Positions 1 through 10,364 of a stretch of 64,000 nt of DNA are shown here, in pieces. Origin of the DNA: an uncultured Nitrososphaerales archaeon (GTDB lineage Archaea > Thermoproteota > Nitrososphaeria > Nitrososphaerales > Gagatemarchaeaceae); the NCBI GenBank assembly GCA_963706445.1, contig OY970160.1, positions 1,376,001 through 1,440,000 of the forward strand, in the 5' to 3' direction. A program made the position numbers and the translations under genes. Positions within the stretch are counted from its first letter, which is position 1; every line of letters starts with the position of its first letter. The notes beneath the pieces were generated by a model. It had not been told where the DNA came from. It was given only the letters and a program-made list of their open reading frames with translations, and did not search any database.

Positions 1-616
1 CGCCGTTGACGTCGGCCGACTTTCCCGCGTACAGCCTCGGGTTCAACGAGTACTCCTTCGAAATGGCCGAAAGGACCGCGTGATCTATGAAGACGTCGAA
101 GAACCTGATCTCCCCCTTCGAGTTGTATGCCGCGGCTGCCTTCTCGACGTCTGCGAAGAACTCTGACCCAGACAGCATGGTCACCGCCTCGTTGACGTCC
201 TTGGCAGAGAGGACCTTGACCAGCAAGTCCCTCCGACCGACAAGTTCCTCCGCTTTCATGTCGATGTACTCGACGGTCTCCTCGTATGATCGGTTGAGAG
301 CCCTCGCCTTGAGGGCCAACTTCAGGTCCCACGCGATGTTCTTCAGGTAATAGAGTTCGAGGATGCCGTATCTCCCTGCACCCTGGGTGATGGAATGGTG
401 GACGACAGCGAGCCTCTCTCGCAGCGCGAGCTCGATCCTTCGGGCGTTGTATGGCGGCGACACGCTCGCTAGAGAATCCACGTATGGGGTGCCCTTGAGC
501 CTGTTGACGAGCTCATCGAGGGAAGTCGACTCTGCGAGCTTCTGGATGTTGGGGCCGTCCAGGAGTGACCCCCGGAGCGCAAAAGCCTTCGTTCCCACGT
601 AAGTCCTGCTCGACAA
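1..616 (-). CDS. atpC: A/V-type ATP synthase subunit C (partial, runs off the window)
   Basis: Manual translation from TTG at 616: MSSRTYVGTKAFALRGSLLDGPNIQKLAESTSLDELVNRLKGTPY...; resembles the AC39/AtpC N-terminus; open to the window edge; divergent from atpI. Confidence 0.8.
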   Translation of the reverse strand, partial: MSSRTYVGTKAFALRGSLLDGPNIQKLAESTSLDELVNRLKGTPYVDSLASVSPPYNARRIELALRERLAVVHHSITQGAGRYGILELYYLKNIAWDLKLALKARALNRSYEETVEYIDMKAEELVGRRDLLVKVLSAKDVNEAVTMLSGSEFFADVEKAAAAYNSKGEIRFFDVFIDHAVLSAISKEYSLNPRLYAGKSADVNG

Positions 617-778
617 TCGAAAAACCTGAATCCGTCGAAGCCGACCAAAGTTCGGCTTATAATTACTGCGCCGAGGAACGCGAGCCTTCGAAACCGAAAA
701 GACAGAAACTCCTGCCCGCAACCCCAGCACCCTTAATAACGGAACTAGGGCGCGGCAGAAATTGAAAGAGTGTAGCGC

Positions 779-2830
779 TTGGGCGTCGCCCGTCTCACCA
801 AAGTCACGATCATCTCCCCTCGCAGCGAATATGAGGAAGTAGCCAAGAGTCTAGCCAAGTTCGAGTATTTCCACCCGGTGGAGGGAGCCCAGCAGAACTT
901 CGATCCCGGGGTCCAAGAACTCACAGTGAAGTCGGTCAGGCTCTTCGCGCAGGCGGACCAGGCTGTGAAGGATCTAGGCCTAAAGCTGATGCCGGGGCAG
1001 ATGGACATCGTCTTCGGAGGGGCCAAGGTCCCACGGAGCACCTTCGAGGCCTCCGACTGGGAGGACCTGCTCAACAAGGCGGACGTTCAACTTGAGCCCA
1101 TAGCGGAGGAGGTCAGATCCGAGAAGATCGTGCTACAGAAGGCCCAGAAGGACGAGTCGGACTCGGAAGCTTTGATGGGAGCACTCCAGGTAGTCTCAAA
1201 GTTCTCGTCAGACCTGACTGGACTTGTTGGGTTGGGGTACTTCAAGGCGGTCGCGTCGATTGTGGGGAATGAGAAGGTGGACGAGTTCAGGAAGTCGCTC
1301 CCAGACGCCATCTTCCATTCTAACCTCGTCTCCAAGGAGCAGACCCTAGTCCTAGTGGCTGTCCCGAAGTCGGAGGAAGCCAGGCTCGACAAGATGATGA
1401 AGCTCCTCGAGCTCAAACCGTTGACGATTCCACCCGACTTTCCTCAGAACCCGGCCGAGGCCTACAAGAAAGCGGAGAGCGACCATGAGGCGGCTTCGGC
1501 GGAGAGGAAGAAGGCCGAGGCTCAGATGGTGGAAGGCAAGACCAAGCACGGCACGACCCTGCTGGCGCTGAGAGAGCTTTCGGAAGTGGCTCGCAAGACC
1601 CTGGACGAAGCCAGGGTTTCAGGCGGGATGCAAAGGATGGCCATGATTTCCGGATACATCCCCGCAAAGAGAGAGCAGGAGATGAAGAGCGTCTTCGGGC
1701 GCTGGATTGTGAACACGGAAGAGGTGAATCGGGAATCAGAGGAAGACCATGTGCCGACGCTTATGGAGAACAGGAAGGGACTGGGACTTTATCAGCCTGT
1801 GACCCTGGAGCAGGGAATCCCAGCTGCCCACGAGGTCGACCCGACCCCGCTGGTCTCGTTTGTCTTCCCAGTCTTCTTCGGGATGATGTTCGGGGATGTG
1901 GGGCACGGGCTCATCCTGACGGCGTTCATGCTGTTTGTCAGACAGAGGTCGACGGGGAGCATGAGGCAATGGGCGAACATGTTCGTCGTCGCAGGGATCT
2001 CGGCGATAATCTTCGGAATAATATTCGGTGAGTTCTTCGAGCTGTCGTTTTCGAATTTCGTCCCCATACCTGCGGCAATAGAAATCATACACAGGGCCGC
2101 GGGCGCAGTGGACACGTTCAACTTCCTTCCCACCCCGTGGGCAGGCGTCAACCTGATTCTGATCGTGAGCTTCCTCATCGGAATCGCCCACCTGACCACG
2201 GCGCTCGGGCTCGACATCTACCAGACCTACAAAGAGCACAACAGAATCGAGCTCTGGCTCGAGAAGGTCCCGCTGTTCCTGATGTACGTTTCAGGAGTGG
2301 GCTATGGGCTCGCGTTCGTGGGAGTGGGTTTCAGCTTCAACGTGTTCTCGAGTTCTTCTCCCAACCCGCTCCTTGGAATTCCGAACAACCTACTGGGGGC
2401 GGCTTCGCTCGTGGTGCTGGTGCCCTCCATGGTCGTGCTGCTGGCTGGTAAGAGCGTAGCCATAGCCATGGGGAAGCTGAAGGAGGGTTCCGTGCTGGGC
2501 GCCCTTTCCAACGGAGGGCTCGAAGTCTTCGAAAGGATCTCTCAGTTCATGTCCAACACGATAAGCTACGTTAGGCTCGCGGTCATGCTGCTAGTGCACG
2601 CGGCGCTGCTTCTTATCATCAATCTCATGCAGCCGTGGGGGAACCCGGTGTACATCGCCCCCTGGATAGTGTTGAACCTCCTCATACTCGCCTTCGAGGC
2701 GTTCATTGTATACGTGCAAGACCTGAGGCTACACCTCTACGAGTTCTTCACGAAATTCTATACAGGCGAAGGCAAGCCCTTCAGGAAGATATTCCCTGAC
2801 AGGGCCAGGTTCAAAATCAACTGGCTCTAG
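779..2830 (+). CDS. atpI: A/V-type ATP synthase subunit I
   Basis: EVDPTP, FGMMFGDVGHG, SNTISYVRL and LRLHLYEFFTKFY motifs. Confidence 0.97.
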   Translation: MGVARLTKVTIISPRSEYEEVAKSLAKFEYFHPVEGAQQNFDPGVQELTVKSVRLFAQADQAVKDLGLKLMPGQMDIVFGGAKVPRSTFEASDWEDLLNKADVQLEPIAEEVRSEKIVLQKAQKDESDSEALMGALQVVSKFSSDLTGLVGLGYFKAVASIVGNEKVDEFRKSLPDAIFHSNLVSKEQTLVLVAVPKSEEARLDKMMKLLELKPLTIPPDFPQNPAEAYKKAESDHEAASAERKKAEAQMVEGKTKHGTTLLALRELSEVARKTLDEARVSGGMQRMAMISGYIPAKREQEMKSVFGRWIVNTEEVNRESEEDHVPTLMENRKGLGLYQPVTLEQGIPAAHEVDPTPLVSFVFPVFFGMMFGDVGHGLILTAFMLFVRQRSTGSMRQWANMFVVAGISAIIFGIIFGEFFELSFSNFVPIPAAIEIIHRAAGAVDTFNFLPTPWAGVNLILIVSFLIGIAHLTTALGLDIYQTYKEHNRIELWLEKVPLFLMYVSGVGYGLAFVGVGFSFNVFSSSSPNPLLGIPNNLLGAASLVVLVPSMVVLLAGKSVAIAMGKLKEGSVLGALSNGGLEVFERISQFMSNTISYVRLAVMLLVHAALLLIINLMQPWGNPVYIAPWIVLNLLILAFEAFIVYVQDLRLHLYEFFTKFYTGEGKPFRKIFPDRARFKINWL

Positions 2831-4284
2831 CCGACGAAGGTGCTCGCGGCGCTGGAGGCGAAGTTGATCACCGCCTGCGGGAACAGGCCTATCCCGATTA
2901 TCAGCCCGACCAGGACTGCGAAGACGACCACGAACCAGAAGGGCTCCTTGACCTTCTCCGTACTCTCCGGCTCGTCGATGTACATTCGTTTGATGAGCCA
3001 CGCGTAGTAGCCGAGGCTGAAGGCTGAATTCAGGATGGCCGCCAGCGCCAGCCATGCGTAGGGGCCGTTGGCCACTGACAGGACCAGCAGGAGCTTGCTC
3101 CAGAAGCCGGACAGCGGCGGGACCCCGGCCAGGCCGAGGAATGCCACAGTCAGGGTGAAAGCAGTGATTGGCATACGCTTCCCTAGGCCGTCGTAGGCGC
3201 GGAGGTCTGCCCTCTTGAGCACCAGCAGAACTGCGGCGGCGGCGAGGAATGCGGCCCCCTTCATGACCGCGTGGTTGATCACATGGAAGATTGACCCCGT
3301 GAGGCCGAGGGTCGCGGCCGCGGACCCCGGGGCGTTGGAATAAGCCACGAATCCGATCAGGATGTAACCTGCCTGGGCGATGCTGGAGTAGGCCAGAAGC
3401 CTCGTCATGCTCTTTTGGGTCAGGGCTGACACGTTGCCGACGGTCATCGTGATGACGGCCAGCACGGCGAACACGTTGGCCATGGAGAACACCGGGCTGC
3501 GGGTGACTGCGTACACGGTAGTGATGGCCAGGAGGACTCTGATGGCGGCGATGAAGCCAGCCTTCTTGGTGGCCGCGGCCAGCAGGGTGCTGATGGTGGT
3601 GGGAGCCCCCTCGTAGGCGTCAGGGATCCACATGTGGAACGGAACGATGGACATCTTGAAGCCGAACCCGGCCACGAAGAGGAGGGTCGCGACCCCGGCA
3701 AGGGCGGACGGGTGCGAGGTGAAGCCGGAAACCACGGCGGCGATGGAGGTGCTGCCGGTCAGGCCATAGGCCAGGCTGATCGCATAGAGGATGACGGCCG
3801 ATGACATGGCCCCGATTATCGCGTACTTCACCGACGCTTCGTTCGACCTGAGCTTCTTGTCGAAGCCGGCCAGGACGTAGGTGGGGAGACTCATCAGCTC
3901 CCAGGATACAAACAGCATCAGCAGGTCCTGCGAATAGGCGAGGAGGACCATGCCGAGGGCGGTGAAGCCGAGGAGGCTGTAGTAGACCGGGTTGCTCGTG
4001 CTCTTTTCGAAGTCGAATGACGCCACAGTTACAGCAAGGGTGATGCCGACGGTGACCAGGGCGAAGATCCCGCCGAGCTGGTCGGGGATAAGCAGGGATG
4101 CAGCCCACGGCACAGACGTCGGGTTGAGGGTGAAGAGACCGATGAAAAGCAGCGCCGCTGCGAGGACCAGGGCGAGGATGTACCCGGCGAGGTTGGGGTT
4201 CCTTCCCTTCGTCAGCTGCAGGAGAGGAAGGAGTAACGCGGTCCCCGCGAGTAGGACTACGGTCGTCGTTAGATAGTCAATCAT
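2827..4284 (-). CDS. nuoN: NADH-quinone oxidoreductase subunit N
   Basis: WELMSLPTY, FKMSIVPFHMWIPDAYEGAP, RLLAYSSIAQAGY. Confidence 0.95.
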   Translation of the reverse strand: MIDYLTTTVVLLAGTALLLPLLQLTKGRNPNLAGYILALVLAAALLFIGLFTLNPTSVPWAASLLIPDQLGGIFALVTVGITLAVTVASFDFEKSTSNPVYYSLLGFTALGMVLLAYSQDLLMLFVSWELMSLPTYVLAGFDKKLRSNEASVKYAIIGAMSSAVILYAISLAYGLTGSTSIAAVVSGFTSHPSALAGVATLLFVAGFGFKMSIVPFHMWIPDAYEGAPTTISTLLAAATKKAGFIAAIRVLLAITTVYAVTRSPVFSMANVFAVLAVITMTVGNVSALTQKSMTRLLAYSSIAQAGYILIGFVAYSNAPGSAAATLGLTGSIFHVINHAVMKGAAFLAAAAVLLVLKRADLRAYDGLGKRMPITAFTLTVAFLGLAGVPPLSGFWSKLLLVLSVANGPYAWLALAAILNSAFSLGYYAWLIKRMYIDEPESTEKVKEPFWFVVVFAVLVGLIIGIGLFPQAVINFASSAASTFVG

Positions 4285-4285
4285 C

Positions 4286-5776
4286 CTATGTCAACCCCTT
4301 CAGGAACTCCGCGACGGGGAGCGCCGGATTCAGTATGACGTAAGACGTCACGATGAGGATGACCAGCGGGATCAGGTAGACTGCGAAGGCTGCGACGTCA
4401 GACCACCCCATGTCGTGTGCCTCGTGTCCCGGCTCGGGGGAAGACAGGACTGTCCTCTTGATCATCCAGAGGAAGTAGCCTGCAGTTATGACGGGGACCA
4501 GTATCGAGATCGCAGTAATGGCGGACGCCGAGATGCCGGCCGCTATCACCAAGAACTCGGCCAGGAAGCTAGAGAAGGGAGGCAGGCCCATGGCCGCCGC
4601 AGAGGCCAGCACGAGAATGGCAGCAGTCCTGGGCATGGAGGTCCCAAGCCCCTTCAGCAGCGGGATCTCTCTGGTCCCGGCCTGATGTTGGATGTACCCT
4701 GTGAGCATGAAGAGGCTCCCGATGGCGAGGGCGTGGGTGAACATCTGGAATATGGCCCCTTGAATACCGAGGACGTTGCCTGAGATCAGTGTGGCATAGG
4801 CTCCGAACAGGACGAAGCCCATGTGGTTGATGCTGGTGAACGCTATCATCTTCTTCAGGTCCTTCTGGAGGACGGCCGCGACGGCTCCGTAGAACATCGA
4901 GAACAGCCCTAGTATGAGGAACACCCAGGCGTACTGGACCGAAGCACCCGGGAACAGCCCTATGCTTATCCTGAGGAATCCGTAGCCGCCCATCTTCAGC
5001 AGAACCCCGGCCAGAAGGACCGAGATCGGGGACGGAGCCTCGACGTGGGCGTCAGGGAGCCAGGTGTGGAACGGGACAAGCGGGAGCTTGACGGCGAACC
5101 CGATGAAGGACGCTGCGAGTGGGACGTATTCGAGAGCGGCAGGTATCTGATGGCTCAGCAGCATGGCCTGGATGGTGGGGATGTCGAAGGATGGCGTGGG
5201 CATCCCCATGTAGAAGTAGAGGAAGCCGAACAGCATTATCGTGCTCCCGGTGAAGGTGAAGATGATGAATTTCAGGGCCGCGTACTTTCTGCGCGGCCCC
5301 CCCCAAACCCCTATGAAGAAGAACATCGGGATGAGGACGACCTCCCAGAAGATGTAGAACAGGATGAGGTTGAGGGAGGTGAACACCCCCATTATCGCGC
5401 CCTCGAAGAGGAAAATGAGCGAGTAGTATTCGGCCTCGTGGTGGTCGATCAGCTTCCTCGACCCGAATATCACGAGGACAGTGAGCAGGGCCGAGACGAA
5501 TAGAAGCGGAGAGCTGAGTCCGTCGGTCCCCAAGAAGTAGTCGAGGCCGAAGCTGCTGATGCTGACCCAGCTGTCCTTCTCCTGGAACAGGTACTGGCCC
5601 GGAGCGGGAGGAGCCGCGTACACCTGCCAGAAAACGTAGCCGGCTATGAGGAGGACGAAGGCTGACAGGCCGAGGGAAGCGTAGATTCCCAGCTTCTTGT
5701 TGACCTTGGTCAGGGCGTAGACGAGAGGCGCGGCGAAGACAGGAAGTGCGATCAGCAGCGAAAGGACGTAGCTCAT
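4286..5776 (-). CDS. nuoM: NADH-quinone oxidoreductase subunit M (M1)
   Basis: FWEVVLIPMFF, VKLPLVPFHTWLPDAHVEAP, LLKMGGYG. Confidence 0.95.
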   Translation of the reverse strand: MSYVLSLLIALPVFAAPLVYALTKVNKKLGIYASLGLSAFVLLIAGYVFWQVYAAPPAPGQYLFQEKDSWVSISSFGLDYFLGTDGLSSPLLFVSALLTVLVIFGSRKLIDHHEAEYYSLIFLFEGAIMGVFTSLNLILFYIFWEVVLIPMFFFIGVWGGPRRKYAALKFIIFTFTGSTIMLFGFLYFYMGMPTPSFDIPTIQAMLLSHQIPAALEYVPLAASFIGFAVKLPLVPFHTWLPDAHVEAPSPISVLLAGVLLKMGGYGFLRISIGLFPGASVQYAWVFLILGLFSMFYGAVAAVLQKDLKKMIAFTSINHMGFVLFGAYATLISGNVLGIQGAIFQMFTHALAIGSLFMLTGYIQHQAGTREIPLLKGLGTSMPRTAAILVLASAAAMGLPPFSSFLAEFLVIAAGISASAITAISILVPVITAGYFLWMIKRTVLSSPEPGHEAHDMGWSDVAAFAVYLIPLVILIVTSYVILNPALPVAEFLKGLT

Positions 5777-7965
5777 GGGAGAGGCACCCCCACGCCCGCC
5801 CGCCAGATGGCGAGCAGGAACAGTACCACGAGCACCAGTATGCCGAAGGCGAAGACCTGGGCGTACTCCTCGACGATCCCGGTCTGGATCCTTCTGAAGG
5901 CCCTCGAGAGATCCTGACCTAACTCAGAGAACCCGTTGGCGGCCCCGTCCACGATGTTGACGTCGACCCAGTTGCCGATGGTGGAGGCATAGACCCCGAA
6001 CAAGGAGCCTGCGCTGTTGATTCTGAACAAGCCCCGGAAGTCGAACACGTCGCTCAGCCACCTGGACGCGGCGAGGGGGGCGTTAACGAACACCTTGTAG
6101 TAAATCGCGTTGATGTACCACCTCTTCTCAAGGAAGTTGTAAAGGCCGTGCATGAATCCGGTCTGGCCGACGAACCGCGTAGGTGGGACCCTCCGGATGA
6201 TGTAGATACCGTAGGCAGCCACGAAGCCGAGGACTACGATGGCCAGGGTGAGCCCGGCGGGGGCCCAATTGACCGCGCCTGACGGCGGTGCCAGAGAAGC
6301 CGTGGGGAAGAGTGCTACGATGTAGTTCTGTGCTGCGGCCTGGAGCGAAGCGTCGATGTTCAGCGCGGGGATGCCGAGTCCAGCGAAGGCGGTCACCCCG
6401 ATGATGACGGTTAGCCCCGCGAGAATCGTGTAGGGGACCCACATTATCGGGCTAGGCTCATGGACGTGATGGCCCTGGCCCTCGACCTCGGCGAGCCTCT
6501 TGCTGCTGTCTCCGTAGAATACCATCCCCAGCATCCTGAACGAGTAGAAGGCGGTCATCCCGGCGGTAAGGGCTCCGACTATGAAGAGGCCGTACTGCCC
6601 TGCCCCCCAGGCGGCGCCAAGGACTGCGTCTTTACTCCAGAAGCCGCTGAAGGGAGGGATCCCCGAGAGGGAGGCGACGGCGATGAGCACCGCCGCGAAT
6701 GTCAGTTTCATCTTGTTTCTCATCCCACCCATGTCGCTGATGTACTTCGAGTCGGCCGCGTGGATGAGCGCGCCCGCGGCGAGGAACAGGCACGCCTTGA
6801 AGATGGCGTGGCTCATCAGCTGGTAGAGAGCGGCAGAGAGGCCGTCGGAGAAGTTGACCGACAGGCCCGCGACCCCCACTGCGAGCATCATGTAGCCGAT
6901 CTGCGACACCGTCGAATAAGCGAGGATCTTCTTGAGCTCAAAGCCGACCAGCGCCTGGCTCGCGGCCAGCACGGCGGTGAAGGCCCCGATCCAAGCTACC
7001 GTCAGGAAGAACGGCTGCACCGTGGCAATGCCGAAGCCTGCGGTACCGATGGCGATGAAGTAGAAGATAGGGGCGATTCTCGCGACAAGGACCACCCCGG
7101 CCTTGACCATGGTCGCGGCGTGGATCAGAGCAGAGACAGGGGCGGGGCCGGCCATGGCGTCTGGGAGCCACTCGTGCAGGGGGAACTGGGCGGACTTTCC
7201 TACCGCTCCACCGAAAATCAGGAGCGCGACCGGGACAAGAAGGCCATTGCTGTACAGGTTCTGGAACCATGACCCTTTGTCGGCGGCGAGCTGATAGTAG
7301 TTGAACGTCCCCGAGTAGAAGAAGAGTATCAGGATCCCTGCCAGCATGGCGACATCCCCTATCCTCGTCATGACGAAGGCCTTCATCCCCGCCTGTGAAG
7401 GGGAGTATGCCTGGTCCTCGCCGAGGACCTTCTCTCCCGGAGTTCCGACCCAGTCCTTGGTCTCGTCTTTCCAGTAATGCCCGATCAGCGCGTAGCTGCA
7501 GAGTCCCACCATCTCCCATCCGATGAATAGCGAAAGGAGGTTGTCGGAGAGGACGATGAGCTGCATGCTCCCGATGAACAGGGAGATGAAGAAGAAGTAA
7601 CGGTTGTGGCCCCCGTCGTCCTTCATGTACTCCAGACTGTAGAAGACGATGAGGAAGCTGACCCAGGCCACGACGTTTGCGAGTATGGCCGTGTATGAAT
7701 CGGTGAGCACGCCCATTGTGATATTCAGGCCCGAGATCCAGGGGACGCTGACGGTCAGAGGTCCGACGTTGGAGATGGTGATGGGCTGGCCCTCCAGGAC
7801 CGGGAGGAGCATGATCAGTGCGAATCCAGCGGAGAGCAAGGCGAACGCTGCGGCTGCGTAATCGCCCATCCTGCCGAGCTTCCTAAGCGCGATTGTGACG
7901 AGGGCGCCAGCGTAGGGGAGTATGAAGATCAGCCAGATGAAGTAGGACGGGATGGCGAAGCTCAT
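5773..7965 (-). CDS. nuoL: NADH-quinone oxidoreductase subunit L
   Basis: GWEMVGLCSYALIG, GKSAQFPLHEWLPDAMAGPAPVSALIHAATMV, C-terminal lateral helix ending RIQTG. Confidence 0.97.
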   Translation of the reverse strand: MSFAIPSYFIWLIFILPYAGALVTIALRKLGRMGDYAAAAFALLSAGFALIMLLPVLEGQPITISNVGPLTVSVPWISGLNITMGVLTDSYTAILANVVAWVSFLIVFYSLEYMKDDGGHNRYFFFISLFIGSMQLIVLSDNLLSLFIGWEMVGLCSYALIGHYWKDETKDWVGTPGEKVLGEDQAYSPSQAGMKAFVMTRIGDVAMLAGILILFFYSGTFNYYQLAADKGSWFQNLYSNGLLVPVALLIFGGAVGKSAQFPLHEWLPDAMAGPAPVSALIHAATMVKAGVVLVARIAPIFYFIAIGTAGFGIATVQPFFLTVAWIGAFTAVLAASQALVGFELKKILAYSTVSQIGYMMLAVGVAGLSVNFSDGLSAALYQLMSHAIFKACLFLAAGALIHAADSKYISDMGGMRNKMKLTFAAVLIAVASLSGIPPFSGFWSKDAVLGAAWGAGQYGLFIVGALTAGMTAFYSFRMLGMVFYGDSSKRLAEVEGQGHHVHEPSPIMWVPYTILAGLTVIIGVTAFAGLGIPALNIDASLQAAAQNYIVALFPTASLAPPSGAVNWAPAGLTLAIVVLGFVAAYGIYIIRRVPPTRFVGQTGFMHGLYNFLEKRWYINAIYYKVFVNAPLAASRWLSDVFDFRGLFRINSAGSLFGVYASTIGNWVDVNIVDGAANGFSELGQDLSRAFRRIQTGIVEEYAQVFAFGILVLVVLFLLAIWRAGVGVPLP

Positions 7966-7966
7966 C

Positions 7967-9475
7967 TCAGCCTAGCACTCCTGTACTGAATATGCCGGCG
8001 AAGCCTGTAAGGAATTTCGTCACGATGTCTGGGTAGATGCCGATGAGTATCGAAGCCACGACAATGGCCAGGAGCGGGAGGGTCATCGTCAGGGGTGGGT
8101 CTTTGGCCGCGTCGAGCCCTGGAGCCTGAGGCCCGAAGAAGATCTTCTTGATGGGCCAGAACGTGTATGCGACTGTCAGCAGGGTCGCTATTATGCCAAG
8201 CAGGGCGACGACCATGTAGAGGGATGAGCCCTGGGCGCCCTGAGAGAAGATCCCGGCGAACATGATCCACTCCGCCTGGAACCCGCTGGTTGGAGGGACC
8301 GCGGAGAGAATCAGCGCACCGAGGACGAAGAGCGCGGCCGTGAACGGCATTTTGGCCGCGAGGCCTCCCATTTTCTTGACGTCCCTCAGCCCCGTCTGCG
8401 TTAGGAGAATACCGGCTACGGAGAACAGCACGAACTTGCCGAGGATGTGGCTCCCGAAGTAGAACACCCCTCCCACCGCGCCGAGGGCAGAGGCGCTCGC
8501 CAGACCTAGGATGGAGTAGGCGTTCTGGCTCATGGTCGACCAGGCGAAGATGTACTTCACGTCGTTCTGGGCGAGGGTGACAGCCCCCCCGTAGAACATG
8601 GTCAGGACAGCCCAGGCCATGAGTGGGAGGCTGAAGGAATGGAACACTGTCGGCATCTCGAAGAACAGGAGCCGGGCGATTACGTACGCACCCATCCCCG
8701 ACACTATCGCCATCGTGGGAGCGAACGAAGTCGGGGGCTCGGCCTCGGTGATGGGGAGCCACATATGGAGACCGAAGATGCCCATCTTCAGGAGCCATCC
8801 CACGAGAATCAGGGCCGCTATCCAATAGGCCAGGGAGCTGGACTGGGCGGCGGTCAGTGAAGAAATGTCGAAGCTCCCCGTGGCGGAATATGCCAGCGCT
8901 ATACCGGCGAGGAAGACGAAGGCGCCTAGCTGGTTCCAGATGATGTAGATTATCCCGACCCTTTCTTTCTGGACGTAGCCGAACAGACTGATTATGATGA
9001 AGGTGGGGATCAGGACGAGCTCCAGGAACAGATAGAGCTCGATCAGGTTCGTCGAGAGGACGATCCCGACCAGCCCCGAGGCAACGAGGAGGAAGCTCAT
9101 GTAGTAGACCCCGTACCTTGCGGGTCGGTCTTCCCCGTAGAGGCTCTTGATCCTGTTCTGCATGTAGGGCATGGAGTAGATTGCCGTGGCGGCCAGAACA
9201 AGGTTGACCAGAATAGCGACGGGGAACGACAGGCCGTCAGCGAGGAACCCGAAGGTCAACCCAGCCGTCGGAGCCCAAGTATAGGACTCGGTGAGAGGGG
9301 AGCCTCCTGAAAAGAGCTGGGACCAACCTCCTCCAATCAGGACAAACGTTGTGAACAGGAGGGCGACGAACGCGATCCAGCCGACGTGCCTCCCCAACTT
9401 CGGGGCGGCGAGGTAGCAAGCGGCCGCAGCGGCTAGCGGTATCACTACCGATTGAAGTAGAAGATATTGTGACAC
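7967..9475 (-). CDS. nuoM: second NuoM-like antiporter subunit (M2)
   Basis: DGLSFP, ELVLIP, LKMGIFGLHMWLP, PPTSGFQAEW; between nuoK and nuoL; GTG start. Confidence 0.85.
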   Translation of the reverse strand: MSQYLLLQSVVIPLAAAAACYLAAPKLGRHVGWIAFVALLFTTFVLIGGGWSQLFSGGSPLTESYTWAPTAGLTFGFLADGLSFPVAILVNLVLAATAIYSMPYMQNRIKSLYGEDRPARYGVYYMSFLLVASGLVGIVLSTNLIELYLFLELVLIPTFIIISLFGYVQKERVGIIYIIWNQLGAFVFLAGIALAYSATGSFDISSLTAAQSSSLAYWIAALILVGWLLKMGIFGLHMWLPITEAEPPTSFAPTMAIVSGMGAYVIARLLFFEMPTVFHSFSLPLMAWAVLTMFYGGAVTLAQNDVKYIFAWSTMSQNAYSILGLASASALGAVGGVFYFGSHILGKFVLFSVAGILLTQTGLRDVKKMGGLAAKMPFTAALFVLGALILSAVPPTSGFQAEWIMFAGIFSQGAQGSSLYMVVALLGIIATLLTVAYTFWPIKKIFFGPQAPGLDAAKDPPLTMTLPLLAIVVASILIGIYPDIVTKFLTGFAGIFSTGVLG

Positions 9476-9531
9476 TTGTGTTTACTCCAAGGAAGATATT
9501 CCAAGAACAGATTGAGTTTGAACCACCATTC

Positions 9532-9861
9532 TTATCCCTCCATGGACTTCAGTTCGCTGACGTCCACATCCTGGTGGAGCCGGTAGGCGACCACCACTAT
9601 CGCAAGTATCACTGCAGCCTCGGCCGCCGCCAGAGCTATCGAGAACAGGACGAAGGTCTGCCCCAGGGCGTTGGGGGCAACCGCGGCGCTTCCTTCGAAG
9701 GGAAGGTATTGACCGAAGGCGATGAAATTCAGGTTGGCAGCGTTGATCATCAGCTCGACGGCGAAGAGCAGCCGGAGGGCGTTCTTCTTGGTCACCAGCC
9801 CGTAGACGCCGATGCCGAAGAGCATGGCCGAGACTACGACGAAATCGCTCAGGTCATTCAT
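9532..9861 (-). CDS. nuoK: NADH-quinone oxidoreductase subunit K
   Basis: ELMINAANLNF, AAAEAAVILA. Confidence 0.95.
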   Translation of the reverse strand: MNDLSDFVVVSAMLFGIGVYGLVTKKNALRLLFAVELMINAANLNFIAFGQYLPFEGSAAVAPNALGQTFVLFSIALAAAEAAVILAIVVVAYRLHQDVDVSELKSMEG

Positions 9862-10364
9862 TGACCCTTGTCCTCCTTGTCAGCCCTCGAAAGTGTGAGA
9901 GCCCCTACCACAGACGCGGCTAGCACCAGGGCAAGCACCAGAAGAATCGGGGCGTAGCCCGTTGAAATGAGCTGACCTATATCGACGAACGTCGCGGTGT
10001 TGACGATGTTGGTGAATTGGGCCAGGTTGGTGTCGACCACCGCAAAGATGAGGGCCACAGCGATGGCAGCGCCCGTCATGATCCCGGCCAGCTTGGTTAG
10101 CGATGTAGGGGGGAGCTCCTTCGACCACTTCTCCTCGCGGACGAGCATGACGGTGAAGAGGATTAGGACCGCTACCGCTCCGATGTAGACGGCGATCTGG
10201 AAGACGGCGACGTAGGGGGCGTTGAGAAGGAAGAACAGGGTCGCGACCCCGAAGAGTGAGCCGGCGAGCCCGATGGCACCGTAGATGATCTCCTTCGCTT
10301 CGAGGGCGACGATGGCGCTCCCGAGGGTGAGGACGGCCATCCCGATGAAGACGATGTCAGCCGT
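9858..10364 (-). CDS. nuoJ: NADH-quinone oxidoreductase subunit J (first ATG at 10340; in-frame ACG at 10364 may be the true start)
   Basis: LNAPYVAVFQIAVYIGAVAVLILFTVML motif; lies between nuoI and nuoK. Confidence 0.9.
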   Translation of the reverse strand, partial: TADIVFIGMAVLTLGSAIVALEAKEIIYGAIGLAGSLFGVATLFFLLNAPYVAVFQIAVYIGAVAVLILFTVMLVREEKWSKELPPTSLTKLAGIMTGAAIAVALIFAVVDTNLAQFTNIVNTATFVDIGQLISTGYAPILLVLALVLAASVVGALTLSRADKEDKGQ

